A stretch of 64,000 nucleotides of DNA, from NCBI GenBank assembly GCA_012026655.1, contig JAAILG010000182.1, positions 62,001 through 126,000 of the forward strand, in the 5' to 3' direction. Shown here in pieces: positions 36,101 to 45,100 of this stretch. The stretch's first letter is position 1, and every line of letters starts with the position of its first letter. A model generated the notes under the pieces. That model was not told the DNA's origin. It saw only the letters and a program-made list of their open reading frames with translations, and did not search any database. The position numbers and the translations under genes are program-made. Origin of the DNA: Hydrolagus affinis. Taxonomy: Eukaryota.

Positions 36101-39100
36101 ATCCTTGTAACAATAAATAATAATCCTTATTAACAAATAATAATCCTTATAATAATAAGTAGCAATAATGAATAATGAATAATCTGTAATATTTAATTAC
36201 TTTAAATAATCATTATAATAGAATCATTAATAATTAGACTTCCCTATCATAATAGCCCTTAGATTGAATTCTCAGATTCAGTGTCCCTCCGTTATCATGT
36301 TGTCAAAACATTTCAAAGCACTTGACAGTATTTACTTACAAAGAAAAGTAGTTTTAAGATCAGTGGGGAAAAGGTTGAATGACAGCTTTCACTGTGGATG
36401 GCTTCTCTTGTGTGTGGAACATGTGTTTCAATATGTTACTGGTTTGGTGGCTTAAGAAAAAGGACTTCATCTCTCATCTTAAAACACATTAAAAAGGGAA
36501 CACATCAATTTATTTTAAAAGCAGAGCTTTTTCTGGTAGCTGATGACCTCTGTACAAAAGCAATGTTTGAACTCTGGTGAAAAGTAGGTTTGCACCCCCA
36601 CTTGTCTCACCTTAAAAGATCCCTCCCTTTTTAAACCAGCAACAAGAATTGGTGACTGTAGGGTATCTTAGTTTGGTCACTTTGTAGTCTTATATAATGA
36701 TGCACACTATGCCTTTGGGTGGTTGTCATGTGGAGATTTCTCTTCCCCACCCCCCTACCATGTATAAATTCTAGATTTGAACTATGGAGAGATGCCAGAG
36801 AGAAGAGAGAATAATTCTGAAGCAAAGCCCCCCCCCACACCCTCCACCTTCAGGGCATGTTTAATGAATCTCAGCAGCAGTTTCAAGGTGGCATGTAACT
36901 TCCTCCTCAGTCACAAATAATGCATGGAGCAGAGCAACCAAGGAAGCAGAGAATATACCTGAGAAAAAAAAACTAATTAACGCGCGACAACAAGTAAAAT
37001 CGTAGTTGTGTGGTGAATGTACTTGGAAACCTAGTTCTTGGCAGTTGGGCTATTGATTAGCACTTGTCAGCAATTCATATGCCCTTCAGTGTACAAGATT
37101 ATTCCTTGCTGTCCTCTGAGCCTCCAGCTGTCAGCAAAGAGGTTAAGGACAAAATGTAGGTCTCTTATGAATTTTACAGGGTATATCATTTTTTTTTAAT
37201 TATGAAAAGAATCAACACCTTGGAATCATTCCAGGGCTGTGATCTCTGCTCAGATGAATACCTCTTAAGATTTCAACCTCGTTTTCACTCCCAGACATCC
37301 GACCTTGCGTTTCACATGCAGCTTCACATTGTCATCTCCCACTCCTCAATGTTGACGCTTACCTAGCAATGATCCTAACGAAAGCTTTTGCTGCAGTCTA
37401 TTTTTGGTACAGGCAAGCTCTTGCTCTGCCTCTGTACCAGCACTGAAGCACAAACTGGATGCCTAATATATTCGCACCAGGGATTTGGACATGATTAATT
37501 ATGACTTTGTTTGCATAAAGTCATCAGTTGTTTGCCACTGATGCTTATTCCCACAGATTATATGGCAGGCGAGGCAAAGTTAGAGCAGTCAATGAGCTAA
37601 TCTCCTTGGCTCTCGTCAATGTCTCCATTCGCACGGCTCTCACCTCCTCCACCTTCCCGGCCTGCCCCTAAAACTCACCGAACCTGTGCGCAACCTTGGC
37701 ATCAGGTTCGACCCCCAACTGTCCTTCCTCCCCCACATCCGGTCCGTCACCAGCACTGCCTTCTACCATCTCTGACAGATCGCCCGTCTCCGGCAATACC
37801 TCATCTTAAAAGCCGCCGAAACCTTGGTCCACGCTTTTGTCACCTCTCGGCTGGACTATTGCAACGCTCTCCTCGCCGGTCTCCCCTCCACCACAATCCA
37901 CAAAATCCAGCTTATCCAAAACTCTGCCGCCCGCATACTCACCCGCTCTAAGCTTCGCTCCCCCATTATCCCAGTTCTAGCCAGACTTCACTGGCTCCCT
38001 ATCCCAGAGAGGATCGACTTCAAGATCCTCACCCTTGTTTTCAAATCCCTCCACTCCTCTGCACCCCACTATCTCTCTGATCTCCTCTCCCCACAACCCA
38101 GCACCCGCTGCCTTCGCTCCTCTGGGTCTGACCTCCTCCATGTCCCCTGAGTCCTCCGCTCCACCCTCGGCGGCCGTGCCTTTAGCCACTATGCCCCGAG
38201 GCTCTGGAACTCCCTTCCTCACTCGCTTCGCCTCGCCCCCCTCTCTTCCCAGTTTCAGGTCACAGTTAAAGACCTTTCTCTTCGACCGAGCTTTTGGTCA
38301 CCTTCCTGCCCCTGCCCCTGGCTCGGTCCCGGGATCCGCTACTGTGAAGCGCTCTGAGACGCCGTCCGGCGTGGAGGGCGCTATATAAATCGATGTTGTT
38401 GTAATCTATTACCTCCATTGCTGTAGCTCCACTAAAGCCATTCATTAACTTGATGCTCTGACAGCAACACTTTACTTTAAAGCAAATGTACAGAAGTCAA
38501 CAATGGCCATTAACTGCTGTTTTTCTGTAACGAATGGCTTTTGACACTGTTGTCAAAGTGTATAATTATACCCTGCAGTAGGTTAACCCCAACCTTGTAA
38601 CTCCTTTACATATTTGTGGATAGAGGGTTTCTGGTTTCTATTAAATTCAGAACTGGAGCATTTGGATGTTTGTGGTTTGAACTGTTTGGTCCAAGGTACT
38701 TGCTGTCATTCATAAACCTGGTCAGATGACCAGATTTTTCGTAAGCTTACCGCCAGGGCTGTGTCTAAGGGATAATAATAATAATCCTTGCATTTGATAT
38801 AGCGCTTTTCACGTCTTCTAGACGTCTCAAAGTTCTTCACAGAATATACTGTAAAGTAAATTGACTGTATATTTGTGGGTGAAACGCGGTAGCCAATTGC
38901 GCACAGCAGTGTCCCACAAACAGTCGTGGTTTAAAATGACCAATTTATTATTGTTTTTGAGGGATTATTAATAACAGTAATGGGTTAATGGATTCTCTAT
39001 ATGTACATTATACACAATCCATTTGGTTTGATTTGACATTGTTCTGTCTCGAATTTCTGCTCCAGCTTACTACCTAGACCTAGCCAGCTAAGTGAGTGAA

Positions 39101-42100
39101 TCCATTGCTTTAAATAGTTTTTACTCTTGCAGTCTAATGGGCAGATAGACGGCACCAGCACACATTGAATCGACCATCGAATCGTGCACTTGAATGTGAC
39201 CAGACGGATAATTCATTACTTAGATTCTATTAGTATCCGATCTGCTGTTCAGAGTACTGTTTAAATGCCCCACCATTGTCCTGAAGACTCTATCAATAGT
39301 TTTGCTGTGTTTTTTTTCAATAATGTTTTCTTTTGGTGAATTTGTTGATCTTCAGAGAAAAGGGGGATACAGGGTTATTGTGTTACCTAAAAGTTATGAA
39401 AATAAAATTGTAATTAGTGCCCTGGTGCCTATAAAGAAAGTTTTGTCTGACATGCTGTTGTGTTGGTTATGTTAATGAACGGAAACTTAATTCATTTTTT
39501 CAACAAGTTAATGAGCTGGAAATCCCCTTGGTAGATGGAGAGGGATAAGAATTCAACTTGTATTGGAATTCCTTGTAGCTGCCATTAATATATATATATA
39601 TATATATTACATATGGCAATTTTCCCCACATTGGGACTTTAAGCTCTCATTCTAAGATGACACTTTGATAATACAACAACAACAACAACTTCAATTTATA
39701 TAGCGCCCTCCACGCCAGAAGGCGTCTCAGAGCGCTTCACAGTTACGGGTCCCGGGACCGAGCCAGGGGCAGGGGCAGGAAGGTGACCAAAAGCTCGGTC
39801 GAAGAGAAAGGTCTTCAGCTGTGACCTGAAAACTGGGAAGAGAGGGGGCGAGGCGAAGCAAGTGAGGAAGGGAGTTCCAGAGCCTCGGGGCATAGTGGCT
39901 AAAGGCACAGCCGCCGAGGGTGGAGCGGAGGACTCGGAGGACATGGAGGAGGCCAGACCCGGAGGAACGAAGGCAGCGGGTGCTGGGTTGTGGGGAGAGG
40001 AGATCAGTGAGATAGGGGGGTGCAGAGGAGTGGAGGGATTTGAAAACAAGGGTGAAGATCTTGCAGTCGATACAGAGAGCATTGCATTGTCAGAGCTGCC
40101 ATTCTTCATTAACGCATTCAACTGTGAGATATGTGAGTTTCTCTTGGTGTCCTGGCCAACAATCCCCCCAGATAAAATCGATACACTGGGATTGACTTCA
40201 TGGCTTCATGACTTCATTGCCTGCCGTGTTTGCCTTGAAAAACAATCACTGCACTGTGCACTCTGCACTATATCCTGTAAAGTTCTTTTGAGACACCCTC
40301 CTGATCTGTAAGGTGTCACAGTAAACTCCTGAAAACTCAACTCTTGTCACTACCAATAAGTCACCACGCTGTCAATATCCTGGCTACTTCCCATGGTAAA
40401 CTTTAATAAGGGACTTTGCTTTACTTGCCCCACTACTTGACAATAACTAGTTGAATTCTAGAGATTCTTGTAAGTACTCATATCAGGTAATTCATTCTAG
40501 AAGTTTATGTCTTGCGTCCAGACACCTCCTGGTCTATCCTATGACTGGTGCAACCTCTGGCCAACCAATCCATGCCTGCGTTTATATTCCCAATAGGCTA
40601 ACAGCACAACTTGCAAACTGTAGTGAATTATTATGTGAAATGCAGCTTTGAACACTTCATTCATGAAACTGTGCCTTGCTCAGGTTATTTCTAGGGTCAG
40701 AAGTTATCACAAACACTCCAACCAAGGGCTCCGACCAACCCAAGTCTCCTCCAAGTGGGAGTTCCGGAGAAAGCATGGACTCTGTGAGTGTCTCGTCGTC
40801 AGACTCCAATAACTCGGAGATTGAAGAAGTCAGCATCTCTCCTACCGAGACTCCGGATGGACCACCCAAAAAGGTAATGCACAGGTATCAGGACACAGCT
40901 AGGCGTGAATTGGACTACTCGTTAGGAAGCGGGATTCTATTCAATAACATTTTCACACTTGAATACAAGGATAGAGATGGGTACAGACGCAATAAGAAAT
41001 GCCTCTCGTTGTTTGTAACTAGAACTAATTTTTGATTCAGTTGTTTTACATATGTAGAGGGCAAATTTGCAACAGTGAGGGTAAGTTAACATGATAATTA
41101 AATTGTAACTGTAAACTTAACACAAGAGGGTCAAATAATATCTGTGAGGGTCAAATAATATCCCAATTGTAGTGGGAACATCCCATTAATGGCTGAAGTC
41201 ATCAAAGGTGCCGCGCGTAAGATTGCATGGAATTTTCACCCCTCAAACTCTACACAGACTAATATACGTCAGACGTCAGCCAAAAACTAGCAGACCATTC
41301 GACCCATAAAATGGCTGCACTCTTTGCTGAGTGGCTGTGAAATGCCTCAGTGCTGTTTGTTTTAAATCTGGCCTTCAGTTTAACATACTGGAGTGTCCAT
41401 AGAAGGTCTCTGAGGAAGTGACCTATTATATAAAATTCAAGCACAACATTTATGAGAAATTTTATCTTCTGAAATGTTGCAAGTTCAAACTATCAGCAGT
41501 TCTGTTAAACACTTCAACGTGCTCCAATCTTTGGCCTTTTTGTCTTTGTCCTATTTTTAGGTGTTTTCATCCCTCCTTTTCTGTCCTCTCAACCATTTAC
41601 TCTCCTGAAAACAAACTAGTGGCATCTTGATGCTAATCTTGCTCTGTTACTGCCTCCTTGGAGAGGTGTATATGTGTGTGTGTGTGCATATGTGAATAAG
41701 AGACCCAGGTTGACCATCTCTGGTTTCCAAATACCCATTCCCCTTAGCTCACTAACCTCTGCTCACCACCTCCAATACCAACACTTCCTCATCTTTCTGA
41801 AGTGAGACATTTTTTGAAAGTAGTGCGTTGAAGCAATTAGTTAATGTCTTTAGGACAAAGATTAAACAGTGGCAGTATTGAATAATAATAATAATCCTTA
41901 CATTTGATATAGCGCTTTTCACGTCTTCTAGACGTCCCAAAGCGCTTCACAGAATACACTGTAAAGTGAATTGACTGTATATTTTGTGAGTGAAACTTAG
42001 CAGCCAATTGCACACAGCAGTGTCCTACAAATAGTCGTGGATTGAAATGACCAATTTATTATTGTTTTTTTTCTTGAGGGATTATTATCAGGCATGTAAA

Positions 42101-45100
42101 AAATAGGAGAATGAAAATGATTTTGCCTGTTGAGCCTGCTCCGCCAATTTAGTTGATCTCGTCAGATCTTTTAATCCTGTTTCCTTACCTTTACTCCACA
42201 ACACTCAATACCTATTATGAATAGTCTACTGTCTAGCCTGTCTGTTCCCTTTAATTAGTGTACTCTTTGTCAGTGTCTCAAAGGCACCAGGTGAAACCAT
42301 CAATGCTGGTCTGTAACTGGAAGACAGTGAAGATGACCTAATGTTTAATGGTGTCGATTTTCAACCCAACCTTCATAATAGAAGTTAATTTTTTTTTAGG
42401 CTGGTATTGACCGGTTCAGAGTATTGATGAGACCATTTTGAACGTTGATGTTCCCTCAAATGGTTTGTTATCTGAGAGTTGCTGGGTCAGAGATCAGCCG
42501 TATCTAAAGAGAAAATGGCTGTGTGGCTTGTAGTAATAATAATAAGTGCCGTCTGTTTCATTTTTATTCTGCAGCTCTCTGAATCTTTATCATCCTGCTC
42601 ATCCATACACTCTATGGACACGACGTCTTCTGGCGTCTCGTCCTTAATCAGTACCATGTCGTCATCACCATCGCTCTCCCACAACCCCAAGCTCCACAAG
42701 CGCTCCATCTCGGTGACTTCCTGCAGTTCCACATTCTCACTTCCTGTGTACAACCAGCAGAATGAAGATACCTGTATAATCCGGGTCAGCCTCGAGGACG
42801 ACAACGGAAACCTGTACAAAAGCATCCTGGTAAGTGGGTTGGTTCTCATCATCATTTGTTTGCTCTGGTTCCTCAATAGGCGTCACCAGAACTGCAGGCA
42901 CAGAACTGCAGGCAACGTGCATTCCTTTCTGTTCATTTTGTTTTTTCACGTTGTATTGGCAACCGGTTGTCACCAGCTGATGGACGGCCAGGCTGGCTCC
43001 AGATGGCTGTTTAATTACCCTGAATCCATCTTCCTGCCACCAACCGTCCTAATGCACCTTCTGTTCATATTTCTGTTAGCTGCCGATCCACTGTTCCCTT
43101 CACTCAGTCTGCTTCTGTCCCCCTGCTGACCCATCCTAAAATTGGTAGGAGGGCTTTCAGCCATTTTGCGTCCTCTCTCAGAGGCTCCATCCCACAGATC
43201 TATCCACTGTCAAAGGCCACCTTGAGACTTGCCTCTTTGCCTGCACTTGCAATCAGCTTTCTCTGTCCCCACCCACCCCTTCTTAGCTTCTCTCCCACCC
43301 ACTTCCTAACGCTCGAGTATCAAAAGCTGTGTAACACACATTGAGACATCCTCCCAATGTGAAAGAGGTTAACCCACCCTGGTTTCAATGCACTGAAAAG
43401 TTGCTCCACTGGTTGGCAGCAGGACTGATCATGTCAGTCATCAATCACTTGGTTCTAATTCCATGAGGAGGAATGATCTAAATAAGGAGTGATTTAAATG
43501 CCTCCCACATGATACAGGTTAATAACTGCAGGAACCTTGCAGACTTCAATCTATCAACACAGCGACATCAAACAAGCCCCTAAATTCAAACATTGCACAG
43601 TTCCTGCCCATTAGTGAGCTCTGAGCAACCATCAGCCAAGCTGGAGTTCTTCAAGCTTGACAGGAGACGCTCATAGGGAATCATAGAAGTAGATAAGATT
43701 TTAAATGTTGAGAAAGTAATACTTTGGATGCACTGAGGCAGCAGATCAAGAGTCCGCAGGTTTAGAGTTGCAAAAGGCAATTTCAGGACAGTCCCTACAC
43801 AGCATTTCTCCCAGAGGATAATTGATGATTGAAATAGGTTGCCAGGAAGAGTGGTTGGAGCCCAGGAACCTGGACTCAATTAGAGGAAAACAGCTTGATG
43901 CTGTGAAGGGAGGATACTGGATGAGTATTCTGAAAGGATGAGATCAAAAGGGTTGGAGGGCTTTCTACATTCAAACCTCTCTTCTGATTTTGTAATTTGA
44001 ATGCAAATTTACTTGAGGACGCTTACACAGGCTGATTTGCATTTACCAGACTCACTCTTGTGCGCTGTAAGCTTCAGAGACTTTTTTCTAAAAACATTTT
44101 TTTTTTAAATGGCTGTTTTAATTCACTAGTAAGTTATCTAAATAGTCTGACCATAATGCAGGACATGATTTACAGTGCTTGCTCCTCTCATCATCATTAT
44201 CAATATGCACATTGTGCAATTTAATATTAATAATAATTTATCATAATTATGGTAACTCAGAGGATTCAGTCCTTTGAAATTTTCTTTGTATATAAGAGAT
44301 TGCAGATCAGGTGAGATTGCCATTAAGACCAAATGCATATGTTGTGAAGGACATATCAGTTTATAATCTGCTAACTCTGGCATCTTTGTAGAAGTGATTT
44401 TCTTTGCTCGCTCTCAGAAATTATTGAAGTTGTGTAACTCACAGTCTGGTTATTAGTTAGTTCTGATTTTCACGAGGTGGAGTTTCCTCTGTGGAAAAGT
44501 GTTGTATTGAGGTTTAACTTGTGGTATTCCTTTAATTCCCATTTGTCCCAAGAGGAAATATCATAGATTATAACATTGTAGTGTTTGGTATGGTACCTTT
44601 CCACATTTAAACATCTCAAAGTAGTTCAGAGGATTTTACTATAAAGTATAGCTTTTGTAGATCTGAGCAACGCTTCATCTTTCGCATGTTGAACTGTGCC
44701 TGGAAAGGGTTAAGTTGCTGAAATGCCTTATTTTGCAAAGTGGTGAAATGTTTTGGTGGTTTTGGGGATAAATGCAATAATGTGGCCATTTGTGATTGTT
44801 GGTGTTGTATAAAGAAATGTTCTCCATTTCCCCTGGCCTTCGCAGTATCTCGTCACACTTGCGTCACTCGACAGGAAATGTGTATCCGTTGTTAAAACAT
44901 CTGAAAATGATACATTTCTGTCCTAGTGTTCCCCTGGGGATGGCAAAGGAGGATTTGTTGGCTGTGTGATTAGACTACAGATTGTGGTGCCAAATTCATG
45001 CTGCCATTGGCATACATTCAGCCCCAAATGTGTAGTAGAGCACTGCCAAATCTTAACACTGCACCCAGTTAGTCTTATTTAGATAGTGGGTGTGATACTG

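Noticed and set aside
35990-36255. CRISPR-like repeat-spacer array
   Set aside because: Eukaryotic intron, degenerate AT-rich units, no unique spacers and no cas genes.
38035-38388. Recurring ORF ending ...[14 protein letters not shown], also at 10731-11048 and 39696-40121
   Set aside because: Translation of L2 3' ends, not a gene family.
41127-41162. Short tandem duplications (gagggtcaaataatatc twice; also 5017-5067 and 28494-28520)
   Set aside because: Ordinary slippage duplications with no further structure.
42479-43129. 216-aa ORF with hydrophobic, transmembrane-looking ends
   Set aside because: It is RGL1 exon 16 plus read-through into T-rich intron flanks.
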